Positions 36,101-49,640 of a DNA stretch of 64,000 nt are shown piece by piece. The stretch's first letter is position 1, and every line of letters starts with the position of its first letter. The notes beneath the pieces are model-generated. The model had not been told where the DNA came from and made no database searches. It worked only from the letters and a program-made list of their open reading frames with translations. Both the position numbers and the translations under genes were made by a program. This stretch comes from Lama guanicoe (taxonomy: Eukaryota): assembly GCA_013239625.1 (NCBI GenBank), contig MU053881.1, positions 5,541,957 to 5,605,956 of the forward strand. The letters are read 5' to 3'.

Positions 36101-39100
36101 TGTATGGATGTGTGAGTCCATCTCCTGAGGGACGTGGCCCTGGCTCATTCCTCTCCGTGACGGCACGATCCCTGCCACCCCTGGCTTTAGGGAATGGTGG
36201 CTAGACAGACAGATGGTCACATGGATCAAAAATGTCTGTGTAGACCTGGAGCTGCTTGTGTCCCCCGCAGGGGCTGACAGTCCAGTTTGCATCTGTCTGG
36301 AGTCTGGTCCTGGCTCCGATTTCCTAGGTGGTGTGATGAGGAGAGTGGTGTTGGTGACAGTTGTCACAGCAAGGGCCGTGACTGTCATCTGTCACATCCT
36401 GGCTAGGTGCCAGGCACTGTGCTTGTTGTTTTGACATGTGCTATCTCATTTAATCCCCCAGGACCACATCACGGTGGGAATGTATTGTCCCCATTTTGCA
36501 GGTGAGCACATGGAGTCTCAGAGAGATCAAGCATGTTGCCCAAAGACACCCAATGGCAGCATTTGGACTCAAGCACAGGGGACTTTGACCCCAAAGCCAG
36601 GGTTCCTGACCTTTGGGCCAGACCGTACCAGAAGAAGTCAGTACCTGGATTTGATCACCTCAGTTCCGTCCCAGAGGTGCCGGGGGACTTGGGCCGGCAC
36701 ACTTGGACTTGGGGCCACCTCGGTCTCCTCTAGTCGTCCCCACCTGGGGGTGGTGACACCAGCGCCACAGAATGTGCCAGACAGGCTTAGAGGCTCACTG
36801 GATCATCACTCCTCCCCCTTTGCCTTGGCAGGACCCTCCACCCATCTCTTTGGAACCCCAAGGTCATGCCTGGTGACCTTCCTTCCTGCTGGGGGCACTC
36901 TGTTCCCACAGTCTCAAGGGGAGCCCGAATTCCTTCCCAGACTTTCTGGGAACGTGGTGGGTGGGGCTGGGGGCGGAGGAACAGGGCCCAGCTTTCCTGG
37001 GACACCTTGTGGGTGGCAGCTGCCCCACTCAATGGCCGCATTGTTTGGCCTGGAGCTTCTGGGACTCCACCTACAGGGAGGTGTGGAGGTTCTGGGGCTC
37101 CACCTACAGGGACCGGCAGCTGAGAAGTTGGAGGCATTTTTGTGCTGACTGCTGTGTTTTGAGGGGCCTTCTTTCTACAGGCCTCTGTTGGGTAACCAGA
37201 AGCGTCTGTCTTCTGCACTGATGGGCTGTCCCCATGCCAGGGGACAGTGCCTCTCAGCCCAGGGAGGCCTGGGAAGGAAGGGGTGATGGCAGCACCTACC
37301 CCTGCTTCCCCAAGAAGAAACAAGCCTGGAGAGGGACAGTGGCTTGCCTTTAGCTGCACATTTAAGCTTTCTTTGAGTCTAGGAGTCAAACAGACCCGGG
37401 TTTATACCCTCGTTCTGTCACTTAGGAGCTGAGTGTGTTTGAGGAAGCCCCTTTCCCTAGCAAACCTCAGTTTTCGCTCTGTAAAATAGACCCAAGTATA
37501 ACTGCTCACAGGAGTAAGTAAAAGAATGCTTAGCACTGTGCCAGGTATGCATTAGGCACTCAATAATGGCAACCATCATCTCTGTTCTCTTGGGCGACAG
37601 AAGAGAGAGGGACTGGCTTGCTTTTGTCCAGCTTTCTTTGCAGAATCAGCTGTGTTAGTCACCTTCTGGCTGTTTTGCCCTGATTTCTGGTCATCTCAAG
37701 GCCACTGAACAGTTTCAGTCATATTTCTTCACTCTTCATAAATTCATTCAGTGAGCACTTAACTGCTTCCGTGCCAGGTCCAGGCTCCGATGCTATGAAC
37801 GGACTTCTGTAAATATTAAACACTTATTCAGTGATGAAGCGTTGTCATTCACCTTGAACCCTCAAATGTCAGTGTTGCAAATTATCTTCCCATTGTGAAA
37901 ACTTCATTTTCCAGGTAGGGAAACTGAGGCTTACAGCAGGAAAGGGATTCTGACAGCACAGCACTGTCACAGAAGGATGGTGGCAGATCTGGGACTCCGT
38001 CCAGACCTCCGGTTAGACATAGTGGCTTATTTAATTTGAGTTGTGAGAGTGTTTCCAGCATTTATTTACTGAGCACTTTCTGGGTACCCAGAACTCCTCT
38101 TGGCCTCAGGAAAGGCCAGGGAGGGAGGGGACCGAGGCCCAGAGCACTGAGTGGTCACAGGATGTGGATGCCTCTCCTGTGATGAGAGTATGTCTCAGTT
38201 GTCCCTTGGGGACGGTTGGGCTGTGGCAGTGCCGACCTCTCCTGCTGCTTGTCCCTGCTGCCTGTGGGCTATAGAAGTGAATATCTAAACTCTGTGAATG
38301 GTCCGAGCCGCTCTTATCCAGACTGCGGCATCCTGGCTCCCTTATCTCTGGGTGAGCAAGCTCACTTGGTATGCGTGAGCTGACCAGCGAAGCCCGGAGG
38401 GGCTGGGGTAGGGAGACAGAGGTACCCTTTCTCCCACCACCCGGGAGCTGTGACTCAGGCTTTTTGTGGCTTCCTCCTTGAGGCATGAGGAAGCGGAGGA
38501 GGACAGGGTCACTAGATGTCCTTCATCTGGGAGATGAATGGAGCTGACTTGGCACCCAAGTAGGTCCCAGTTCAGGTCTTGGCTCTGAATGACCTTAGTC
38601 GTTCTGAGGCTCAGTTTCTCCATATGTAAAATGGGAATAAAATACCACCAAGTAACATTTATCGAGGTCATAGTCTAAGTGACTGGCATCCAGTATCCTG
38701 TTTAACTCTCACAATAAACCCTGAGAGGCGTAGGCACTTTTTACAATTCCCACTTTACAAGATGAGTGTGAGATAATCCTTGCAAAGCACTTGGTATAGG
38801 GCCTGGCACAGAGGGAGCTCTGATTCCTGTTAAGTGTTGTAGCCGGAGAAACTGATGCTGACCTGGGTTAACTGGCCTGACAACCACTTACCTCCTGAGG
38901 AGACTGAGGCCGTGGAGGGAGACCAGACAGGGGAAGCAGTGCACACGTGGGATGTTGTGGGTGTGTGTGTCATTTAGAAGGGTGGAAGCCAGCTTGGCAC
39001 AGCACCTTGGTGGCAGTATTTAGTCCTGAAGGGTCGATCAGGTAGAGAAGAGTGAGTTTAAATTCTGGCTCTGTCAGTCCTAAGGAGTATGGAGCTGATT

Positions 39101-39114
39101 CTTCATCTGCACAA

Positions 39115-39265
39115 TTTTTTAAAAAAATATTTGATTGATTGATTTGGGGGGAGAAAATTAGGTTTATTTATTTAACTCACTTATTTAAATGGAGGTACTG
39201 GGGATTGAACCTAGGACCTTGGGCATGCTAAGCACGTACTCCACCAGTGAGCTATATACCCTCCT
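39115..39265 (-). mobile_element. Camelid SINE
   Basis: ATGGAGGTACTGGGGATTGAACCTAGGACC...GAGCTATATACCCTCC. Confidence 0.85.
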
Positions 39266-40119
39266 CTCTAAGAAGTTTTTTTTATAGTAATAGGTCCTAG
39301 GGCAACTCTAATAGGCTCCTGGGCCAAGAAGGAAGGGAATACTGCTTGAATTGAGCTGGGCAGGTGCAGGGCTATATCCCCAGTGGCTAAAATAGAGCAG
39401 GAATAGGGTAGGCGCCTAATACATCCACAAACGAATGAATGAATGAATGATGGGAGAGGCGAGCGGTCTGCCAGGATCACGTAGCAAGGCCGTGACCCTT
39501 ACGCTGCACCATGACAGCTGCTTAATCTAAGCTGATGTGGGTTCGAGGTAAACACAGGTTTACAGTTTCCTTTGGCCTCCAGCCAGAGTAGGAAGCCAGC
39601 GTCTCCAGGCTGTCCCCCATCGGGCACCCTCGAGCGTGTTTCTGGGCTGAGGTCTCCAGGGAAACAGAGCTCATGAGTGCTGACCAGGGAGACCGTCTGT
39701 ATTGAGGGTACTCGTCTGACAAGAGGGCCTGGAAGAAGCCAGCACCTCCCATCCTAGAATGTGCTACATGTATTCAAACTCAGGCAAACCTGCCTTCTTA
39801 ACACAGGGCAGCTCACAGGGGCCTGGGTTTAAGTCTCAGATCTGCCTGCACCAGCTGTCCCAGGATGGGGCGGGCGGGCAATTCCTACCTGACGGGTTGA
39901 GTTGAAACTTTATGATAAAGATGTTTAGGTGGCAGTAGGGATGGTCTGACAGGTAGGCCCTCCCCAACAGTGGGGGAAGATGTGGAGCCCAGGGGAATGA
40001 TGAGTTCTCAAATCAGTGTGCCTGGGTTCAAATCCTGGCCTCATCTCTTGTGAGCTGGGGACCTTGACAAGTAACTGAGTCTCTCTGTGCCTCAGTTTTC
40101 TCATCTGGAATAGGGGGTA

Positions 40120-40270
40120 GTAAGCAGCCTCCCGTGGGCCAGATCGTCTACAGCTGCACCTAGGCTACAACATCAGGATCCAGTAGATGCAACAGAAATC
40201 CTATGGCTGCAAAGCCGAAAACGTTTACTATCTGGTCTTTACGGAAATCGCTTGGTGACTCATGGTCTAT
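40120..40270. mobile_element. MER58-like hAT-Charlie fragment inside a MIR
   Basis: GCAACAGAAATCCTATGGCTGCAAAGCCGAAAACGTTTACTATCTGGTCTTTAC. Confidence 0.65.
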
Positions 40271-40419
40271 AAAATGGAGATAATAACAGTATTTACCTTA
40301 TGGAACTGTGTGAGGATGAAATGAGAGACTATGAAGAGAGGCCCCAGGACAGGACTGGGCATATAGTGTCAGCCCCACTGCCTGTAGCTCTGGGAGCCTG
40401 GGCTCACCCCTGGACCCCG

Positions 40420-41540
40420 TCCCCCAGACCCGGCAACCACTCGTCTCCTCTCTGGATTTGCCTATTCTGGACATTTCACACAGATGGCATCACATCATAT
40501 GTGGCCTTTTGTGTGTCTGACTTTTTTTCACTTTGCATAATGTTTTCAAGGTTTGCTCATAGATATTAATGCTTTCAGTCTTTTTTACGACTGAATAATA
40601 TTCCATTGTATGGCTGTGCCATAATTTGTTTATCCATTCATCAGTTGATGGACACTTGAGTTGTTTCCACTTTTTGGCTGTTATGGATAATGCTATTGTG
40701 AACATTCCTGTGCATGTTTCTGCGTGGATTTATTGATTTCTTTATAATAAAATATGCATAATATAAAATCAACCATTTTAATCATTTTTAGGTGTATTTC
40801 AGTAGCATTAAGCACATTCACAGTATTGTACAACCATCACCACTGTCCATCTCTGGAGAATTTTCATTTTCTACATGTACTGCAGTGTTCACAGCAGCAT
40901 TATTTACAATACTCAAAACATGGAAGCAATCTAAATATCCATCGACAGATGAAAGTATAAAGATGTGATATGTATATATATAATGGAATACTACTCAGCC
41001 ATAAAAAAGGATGAAATGATGCCATTTGCAGCAACATGGATGGACCTAGAGATGATCATATTAAGTGAAGTATTTCCTTCCTTTTTAAGACTGAATACTA
41101 TTCCATTGTATGTGTGTGCCACATTTTGTTTTTCTGTTCATCTCTTGATGGAAGCATACTTGATCTGTTTCCATCTTTCAACTATTGTGAATAATGCTGC
41201 TGTGAACACTGGTATACAAACATTTGTTTGATACTCTGCTTTTAGTTGTTTTGGGTATATAGACCCAGAAGTGGAATGCCAGATCACAAAGCAATTCCAC
41301 TTTTATTTGTATTTTTAACTTTTAAAGTTCTACTTTTAATTTTTGGAGGGACTATCATACTGTCTTCCACACTGGCTGCACCATTTTACGTTCCCACCAG
41401 CAATACACAAGGGTTCCCATTTCTGTATGTTCTTTGCCAATGCTTGTTTATTTTCTTTCTTTAATAGCCAGCCTAATGGGTGTAAAGTGGTATCTATTTG
41501 TGGTTTTGATTTGCATCTCCCTAATTAGTGATGCTGAACA
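40420..41540 (-). mobile_element. Cluster of LINE-1 fragments, mostly antisense, with a sense piece at about 40870-41070
   Basis: ORF2 C-terminal-like peptides on both strands: MFTIALSITAKKWKQLKCPSTDEWINKLW (-) and MEYYSAIKKDEMMPFAATWMDLEMIILSEV (+). Confidence 0.85.
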
Positions 41541-41686
41541 TCACTGGGGCATTTGTTAGAAATGCAGGTCCTTGGACCCTCCCTCCGAGACCTACTACTT
41601 CAGAAGCTCTGGGGCGGGGCCTGATGATCTGTGTTTATCAAGCCCTCCAGGTGATTCTGATGCACACTCAAGTTCGAGAACCACTG
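41538..41686. mobile_element. MER5A fragment
   Basis: TTGTTAGAAATGCAG...CAAGCCCTCCAGGTGATTCTGATGCACACTCAAGTTCGAGAACCACTG. Confidence 0.85.
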
Positions 41687-44353
41687 GTGTAGTGTTTTTA
41701 GCTGGTACCAGCCAGGTATTCCTAGGAAAATCTTATTTATCCAACGAGATGGCATTCTCGTCCTCCTCTCTCATTGCCCTAATTCAGCCTCATCACTTCT
41801 TGCCAAATGTGAGATGAGATGCTTTTGGTAACAGGTAACAGAAAACAGAAAATCTCTACTCAAACTAATCTAAGCAACAGAAGAAGTTAATTGGCTTTCA
41901 TATTCTATTTTAAAAAGCCCAGAGAGAGGTCAGGTTTGAAGTGGGGAAGGGGTTGAATTGTGACGGGCTCCATCGTGCTGTGGTTCTCTCTGCCCTCCTC
42001 TTTATGTCAGCTTCGTCTTGACACTGGCTTCCCTCATGGTTATAAAGTGGCTGCCTTGCAACCTTCAGGGCTGTGTGCTTCCTTATCGGCTCCAGGGTGA
42101 GATATCATGGTATCTCACACCATCAGGCAGAACTCACCAGCTTTGTTCTGATTTGACCAGCCCTGAATCAGCCATCAAGGGAAGAGGCACAGAATTTCCC
42201 TGATTGGTTTAGGCACCCCTCCCCACTGGGGATGGGGTGAGTCCACCCAGCTCTTAAGGCTGTTTCACAAAGGGGAAGGAGGAAATGCTGTGTGTACAGC
42301 GGGAGGCAGCCGTGATAGAACATCCTTTTTGTTTTGTTCCAAATCCCCTGTTCCCCTGCTTTTCCAGCCTCTAGACTTACCACATCCGGAGGGATCTCCT
42401 AGAGTAGAAACCTGTAGGGCAGCCCGTGTTAAGACCCTTTGGTGCCTCTCCCCACACACGCACAGAGCTCTCAGGTTGAAGTTCATCCTTTGAGATGTTC
42501 AAGTTCTAGTTGCAATAGACAGTTTGGGCTTACTCTTCCTTTCCTTTTGAACTCCGTGGAGCGCTCCACCGTTTCCCCTGTCCACACCTTCCATGCTGCC
42601 TTTGCTGTACTTGCTGTGTTTTGCTAAGAATGTCCTTGTCTTCTTTCACTTGGCAAATTCGTCCTTCAAAACCCAGCCCAGATGTCTCCTCAGGATAGCT
42701 TCAGGCCAGGTTAAGCACTGTGGCCATAGGCTTCTGGATAATGTAGTCACGATGTGCCTGCATCACTCACTTCTGCATCTGTGGTCTTGGGACAGGGACC
42801 TGTCTGAACAGTCTTGTCCCCAGTCCCCAGGCTTGTCATAGACCAGGAGTTCAGATAGTGTTTGTTGATTGAGTATGTCTCTTGCGGACCACACTTTGCC
42901 TAGCCATGTGGGGAGCCTGGTAGAGCCTCAGTTGATACTTCTTGATGGATTAAATGAATCATAAGCCTCCCTTCACCAGATCCTGAGAAAACCCTGAGCC
43001 ACGAGCTGCTTGCTGCCCTCTGGAGGGAGAGTACGGATGAGCCTCTGAAGGGTTCAAGGAGTCGGTCCTTGGTTCTGGGAGCTGTTAGATCTGGGGCTAA
43101 GTGAGGGCTCAGAGCCATCAACTGTGCACCCAGGAACCCTGGATCCCGGGGAGGCCCCTTTCATCACAGGATGCCGTGGGCACGGACCTGCTGGGGCTTT
43201 CGCTGTGGACAGGCACAAATACCACATCTGCCTTCAGGTGAACAGGGGCATCTGTAGCCATGGGTTATTTTAAGCCAGGATGTTCCATTAAAAAAAAATA
43301 TCTAATATAAAATTTTACATGTATTAGTTGACTAAAATATGGAGAATACACACAAGTCCAGACCGCTTGGAATCCTGTGGGCTTTGGTACATGGTTCCAT
43401 TCTCTTTTCTACGCAGGCATATTTAGTAATTGCCTAAGGCACTGAGATGATTATTTTATTTTTGTTAATTATTATTATTACACTTATGGAGATTATTATT
43501 TTATGAGGTAAACCTCATGCATTTCTGTAAGAGCCTTGAGAAGTTCAGAATATAAGCCCCCGGTGGCCCTACCACTGACAAACTGAAAGGTAGAGCGTTG
43601 AGACTTACAGAATGGAACCCAGGGAGAGCCACGTGTGAGAGGGGCGCTTTGTTTTTCTTTGGCATTGCATAGAAAGGTGCAAGACGTGAAACTTTTTAAA
43701 CCAGAAAGACAAACAACCACCACCCCCGAAACACTTTCAAAAAAAGAAAAGGAAGAAGAAGAGAAAACCCAAAATATATTTTGCCACATGTGAGACCTAC
43801 AGTCAGGCAATATTTCGAAAAGTTAGTTAGCGGAGCATCACTCTGACATATGCTTCAATGAATATTGAGGGCTGTTGTTTCAAAAGAAAAAAAAGCCTCA
43901 CATTTTGAAGTGTGGGTGTCAGGGCAGTCAGTCATCTCCTAAAAACATTTCACCAGGGTCCGTGTGCAAACTGTGTGATATTGGAGGTTTGACCCTGGCA
44001 TAGAACTAGAAGTTAGTCCATTTATTCATGGGAATAAACCTAAAGGTGAGGAAGCTCAGAGCTTCTCAGCAGCCAAGGCAAAAAAAGTAAAAAGTAAACC
44101 AAAAAATATGGGAAGCAAGAGGGGTCATGGAGCTCGCAGATTGCAGAAGAGGAAGCAGACCGGATTGCCAGCATGCCCGAGCTCTCCTGGCACTGACCTC
44201 CGGAGGGGAGGGGTCGTGGGCGCCTTGTGTAAGGGCGTTGTGTAAGGGACCGTTTCACTGACAGACACAGGAACTGCATGGGTTTGACCTCTTCTCATGC
44301 TGACTTTGATACTAGTTGTGGGTGTGTTGATGAACTGTAATTCTGGGAAGGCA

Positions 44354-44506
44354 GTTTTTTGGTGTGTTATTCTGGGTTTTTTCTGGGGGGGTAGGTAATT
44401 GAGTTTGTTTGTTTATTTTTTCAATGGAGGTACTGGGGATTGAACCCAGGACCTCGTGCATGCTAAGCACGCCCTCTACCACTGAGCTGTACCCACCCAC
44501 CCCCTC
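44354..44506 (-). mobile_element. Camelid SINE
   Basis: ATGGAGGTACTGGGGATTGAACCCAGGACCTCGTGCATGCTAAGCACGCCCTCTACCACTGAGCT. GGAAGGCA on both flanks. Confidence 0.85.
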
Positions 44507-46749
44507 CAAGTAGGAAGGCATATTTTTGTAGGAAGCCTAAATAATAAATGACAGGGTCTAAGAGTGATGCATTCTTCTGATTTCCTTTGCTAGAGATTCG
44601 ACAAATGCATATTAGTTGCTGTGGCTTTCCTGGTGGGCATGTCAGTAATTGTCTTGATGACGCTGGAGGTAGAGATGGTTAGTACCATTTTGCAGATGAG
44701 GAAACTGAGGCTTGGGGAGACTAAGTGGCTTACCCAAGGTCGCTTAGCTAATTAAGTGGCACTACCAGGATAAGAACCCAAGCCTGCCAGCTTTTCTTCT
44801 TTAGCTGGACCCGTGAAGAGAGGGAACGTGGCCAAGCCTGTCCTGTGTTTGCTGTGTGTGAGACTCAGGCCTGTTGCTTTGTAAACACCGCCTCGTCCAA
44901 CCCTTACAGTAGCTCTGAGGAGGGGGCTGGGAGTCCATAGTATTGTCCCATTTTACAGAGGGGTAAGTCATTGCCAAGGCTGTTGGATAATCAGGGGTGG
45001 AGATGCTGAGCAGGGCTTCCCAGCTGGGTTGGGTGGTGGGACCTCAGGGCATGGAAGAATTTGGTGGAATTGCACAGAAACATTTGTCCGTATTTGCATT
45101 TTTCTGGGTGAGAGGTGATAAGATGGTGTCCATGGAGTCTCAAAAAAATAACACAAAACCAAAAAAAGCCTGAATCTCAAGGAAGGAGTCACAGTTACAG
45201 CTCATACTGACTGAGCCCCACCCGGTACCCGTCGCCTGGCAAGGCCCGGATGACTGTCCCTCCTGTGGGGTTGGGGCGGATATCTCACCGCCTTACAGTC
45301 CGCTTACTTAAGTAAGTGACGTCACGAGGTGACTAAGTTTTGCTTCTTTTCCGCCACTGTCTTTAGTGGCTGGGCTTTTCCTAGCAATTCATAGGATTTT
45401 TGGTTCTCTGTGGAGCTGAGAGTTATTAAAAGGCAGAATGATGCACTGAGCTTCAAGAGGTCAGTGCCTGTGTCCAGGTCACCCTGACCGCTGGGAACAA
45501 GCCGGGGTGGCTGGTGGCTGGTTAGGTGAACAATGGGTGAGTGAGTGAGTGGAAGGAGGAAGTATCCCATCCTCGTGCTGTGGGTTGCAGGACATTCGTC
45601 CATCTCTAATGACTTAGGTTGAGGAGGGTAGTCATGGCAGTGGTAGAGAGGGGTACGGCGGGGCTGGGGTCAGGCCCAGTGTTTGATGGCCAGGCAGGAC
45701 CAGGGTGACCCTAGGAATGTGAGAGGCCGTGTCCTTCCTCCCCAGCAGGTGCTGGTGTGCGAGCCGGCCGGCTGAAGGGACTCGCCCAAGGTCAAGTGAG
45801 CGGTGGGCTTGGGACTGCGGTCCCGCCGTGCAGCGCTGCATCCTCATACTCACATCGCCAGGAAGCCTCTGGAAGGCCGGCCACAAGCCTGGAGGCCTAA
45901 TGGAAACACAGGGGCCCTTCCTCCCTCCGCCGGCTGGAGAGCTGGCTCGGGCCCAGCTGGGTCACGCTGAGGTTTTCTTTTCTATTTCGAGCGAGCGGCC
46001 TTCTTGACTGCCCCGCAGGCGCTGTGTTTGCCTCCACTGAGCTTGGTTGCAGGGATTTTGCAACAAGCCGGGCCAGGAGCCTGGAAGAGATTCCGGGAGT
46101 GCCTTAAGTTTGTCACTTTCCACCTTCCCCACCCACCGCTATCTCTACTTTAGGAAACCATATATATATCTTCGTATGAATGATAGGAGCCCAGAGTGGG
46201 CCGGAAAGAGTGAAGGTTGGCGTGAACCCGAGGGGGAGCGCCTGTCAGTCTCGTCCACGCTTTTTACTCTCATTGGCCTTTTCCATCTGCCGCACTGGAC
46301 TGGGGGCCCTTTGCAGGCCTGGGTCTGGTTGTTGCACCAGGACGTGCTGTCAGTTGGATGCGTGTTGAATGAATGAATGAATGAGTGACCTGGGGGTTAG
46401 GAAACCTGCTTTCCAGTCCAGGAGCCACTAAACAACCTATGTGGCTTTGGTCACTCCCATCCCCTCTCTGGGCTTCGGTTCCTCCCCCTGAGCTGGTCCT
46501 GATGTTCTGAGCCAGCGAGGACTCGAGGCTCTGGAAGATGGAGAGAGGCAAGAGATCCCACGGGCGCTGGGACCCCGTGAGGACCTGGCTGGCTTGTATG
46601 TGGGCGGGAGTTGTCCTCTGAGACTCCTGGCTGTGGATCGCAGGAAGCAGGGTGGCTGGCAGGTAGGGATGAGTGAGCGAGCGGGCCAGGCCGGAAGGAG
46701 CAAGGGACGACGCGGGCTCGGTTGAAAAGGCTGTTCACTGAAGTTTTGG

Positions 46750-46763
46750 GTTTCCATGGCAAC
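46750..46763. promoter_or_regulatory. RFX X-box motif
   Basis: GTTTCCATGGCAAC matches the consensus GTTNCCATGGNAAC. Function is not shown. Confidence 0.55.
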
Positions 46764-47020
46764 CTGGTTTTTCTTTTTCTGGGAAATGAAGTGCCCAAGC
46801 AACTCCTGGGTGTGAGAGCTTCCTGTGAAGATTGGGGTCAGATGGGAGTCGGGGTGGGGGAGACTGGACAGACCCCAGGGCAGGGGGAGGAGAGGCCGGG
46901 GAGCAAGGCCACTGGGTGCTGGCAGACCTGCCCGGGTCTGGGCCGGGCCCAGGGAGGGGTCTCCCTTCTCATGTGTCGTGCGCCCCTGCTCATTGTTACT
47001 TTGCCTTGTATTTCCTGCAG

Positions 47021-47069
47021 ATCATGATCGAGTTCTGTCCAGGGGGAGCTGTGGATGCCATCATGCTGG
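47021..47069 (+). CDS. STK10: STK10 coding exon 3 (49 nt): hinge region IMIEFCPGGAVDAIML
   Basis: Acceptor TTTCCTGCAG|ATC, donor CTGG|GTGAGT. Continues the frame from exon 2. Phase 0-1. Confidence 0.96.
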
Positions 47070-49374
47070 GTGAGTCTTCCTTGGTCCAGAGCAGTGGTGC
47101 CGGGTCCGCTCCGCTTGGAACTGATGCGCTCGCTCCCCAGCGCAGTAATCCCATGACCTGGTTAAGTTCCTCCCCACTGCTGTCTCTCTTTGGGAGCAGG
47201 GGTTGTGTTACCGGAGAGAATGCGGGACCAACACTTCCTGTGCAAAAGGCCATGTGTCCTGAACGGTCCCTCGCTCCCTCAAGCTCTCTTGGCCATAAGA
47301 CAGGTGTGCCCCCCTGGCTAGACCCCGCGGCTCTCTTAGGAGGTGAAAATGAGACGCCTGAGGGAGGTTCTTTGCAAAGTGAGGGATCCCTGCCCACTCT
47401 GTAAGAGCTCACTGGGGAAGCTGTCAGGTCATGATGTCCCAGGCAAGCCTGAGCAATAACCCAAAAATATTAGTAATCACCTCTATTTTGTGAACAGTGA
47501 CCACGTGCCAGGGGTTGTCCTAGCTGCTTTCGTGTGTGTTATCCTCATGCATAAAGTCAGAAAGAGTGTCTCTGTTTTATTGACCAGACTGAGGCTTAGA
47601 GGTTAAGGAGCTCTCCCAGAGCCCCGCAGCAGAGCTGAGGTGTGAACCCCAGGCCTGGGGGACCCGTTTCTAACCGCTGTGCGCCCCGTGCCATCCCCTG
47701 CTTTTGCCAGCCTGGTGGGCAGTGGGTAAGGAGAGGCTGAGGGTCTGGGGCATGGAAAATTGAGTGATGTGTCCAGGATTCTGGGGCAATTCAGGACAGG
47801 AGAGGCCCTCAAGATAATGCAGCACCATTCAGCCATGTTTTTATTATGAAGGAGGTGTTTTCCCTCTGAGTTTATGTCAGCAGTGTCTCAAATTTGGGGC
47901 AGCCTTTTTCTATCCTGAGCTATAGAAATGCTGGTCTTCCTTGAAGAGCCCCTTGCCACTCCCAGAGCTCCCAGTGGGTAGATGATAGTGGGGAACAGGA
48001 TATGGGAACTTGTGATATGACCCTTGGGTGTGCCTTCTCCCAGCAGAGATTGCCTTTGGAGATTTTCATTGTTCTGGGTAGAATCTGACAAAATAAAAAT
48101 GGTAGTCTCGTATGAGTTGAGATGCTCTAGGATGTTACACACACTGATTTAGGAAAGAAAAAGGTGGGGGCTGTGGGAGGGGGAATTTATTTGCACAAAT
48201 AACTGAAAAGTTTAAGGGCACTGGCTTCAGGCATAGCTTGATCTAGGAGTCATAAGAACTTGATTTCCTTCTCCAACTCTTGGCCCCACTTTCCTTTGTG
48301 TTGGCCCCATTCTCATGCTGGTTTTCTGTTCTTGGTAACAAGATGGCTGTGGGAGCTCCAGCCATCACATATGAATTCCAAACAGCAGGATAGAAGAAGG
48401 GAGGTTAGGACAGTTCCACAAGAACACACCTCACTGCCACTCTTTCAAGGGAGCATCGCAGAAGCCCCTCATGACACCTTTGTTTTTATCTCACTGACTA
48501 GAACATAGTCAGAGCTGGAAGGGAGGCTGGGAAATGTGGTTCTCTAACTGGTTGGCCATATTGTATATTCAGATATTTAAAAAGAAGGGGAGGTTGGGAA
48601 CCAGCTAGCAGCTTCTGCCTCTGCAGATTTGCCACTTAGCTGAGTGACGCCTGTGGGAGGATATCAGAGAGGGACGAGGCATTGATGAGCCCCAGGTCCT
48701 TGACCTCAATCACAACTGGGGAGTTGGGCTGTGACCCCCGGTTATGGGTGGCTCAGCGAGCAGACGAACTCTCCCAGTTCTCCTGGTGGAACTGACGGCC
48801 CCAGCCCCAAGTGGTTTTCTCCCTACTGGTGGCAGCAGTTAAAGGGAAAGTGCCATCGACATTCTAGAAATCAAGGCGGGACAAGAGAAGCCGGGATGCG
48901 GAGAGCTGACAAGGGGGGAGCCAGGTCCGGGCTGCAGCTCTGTGGTCAGGGCTTGACTCTCCGGCAGACACCTGTCCTGCTTAGCGCTTCTCTGCCATCG
49001 CCCTGTAGAGTCGTGCAGAGCGATGAACCCAGGCGTGGGGTCCACGGTTCCTGAGGTCCATCCCAGGTTCCTTGGCTTGGTAGCTGTGGGGTGCTGGGCT
49101 GGCCCCTTTATGACACGAGGGGAATGTGCACGTGGCCCGTCAGCGCGTGGCCGTTCTGGGTTGTGAATACCCGGTGTTCGTTCTGATCCCGTTGGCCGTG
49201 CCTCGCCGGCTGTTAAACATTTTGGCTCTCAGCCCTCCCGCGAGCAGAAGGGTGCGGGGCAGGTTTGGATGTGATTTCAAAAGGGCCTTACACTCATCTG
49301 CAGTGTTGCAGCTTTTTTTTGTTAAGAAGGGAAATATTTGTGTATTGCTGTGGAATCAAATTCATCTTAAAAAT

Positions 49375-49640
49375 TTACCAGACTGTACGAATCCAATTTT
49401 ACGACTTTCTAGAAAGAGACAAAACTATAGAGACAGGAATCAAATTAGTGGTTGCTTAGGGGCTGGAGAGGGGGTGTAAGGGGCACAGGAGGATTTGGGG
49501 GGGTGATGGAAATCAGTATTCTGTATCTTAAGTTGTGGTGCTGTTTGTGTGACTATAAACGTCGGCCAAAATCTATAGAACTGCCCCAAAAAGGTGAGTT
49601 TTACTGTTTGTAAATTATGTCTCAATAAACTGGCCTTAAA
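49375..49640 (+). mobile_element. Old LINE-1 3'UTR end (sense)
   Basis: CAAAACTATAGAGACAG...AGTGGTTGCTTAGGGGCTGG...TAAATTATGTCTCAATAAA. Confidence 0.8.

Noticed and set aside
36438..37148. Longest ORF in the track (236 aa)
   Set aside because: Starts in a MIR with a non-ATG codon, continues through GC-rich intron and shows no recognisable homology.
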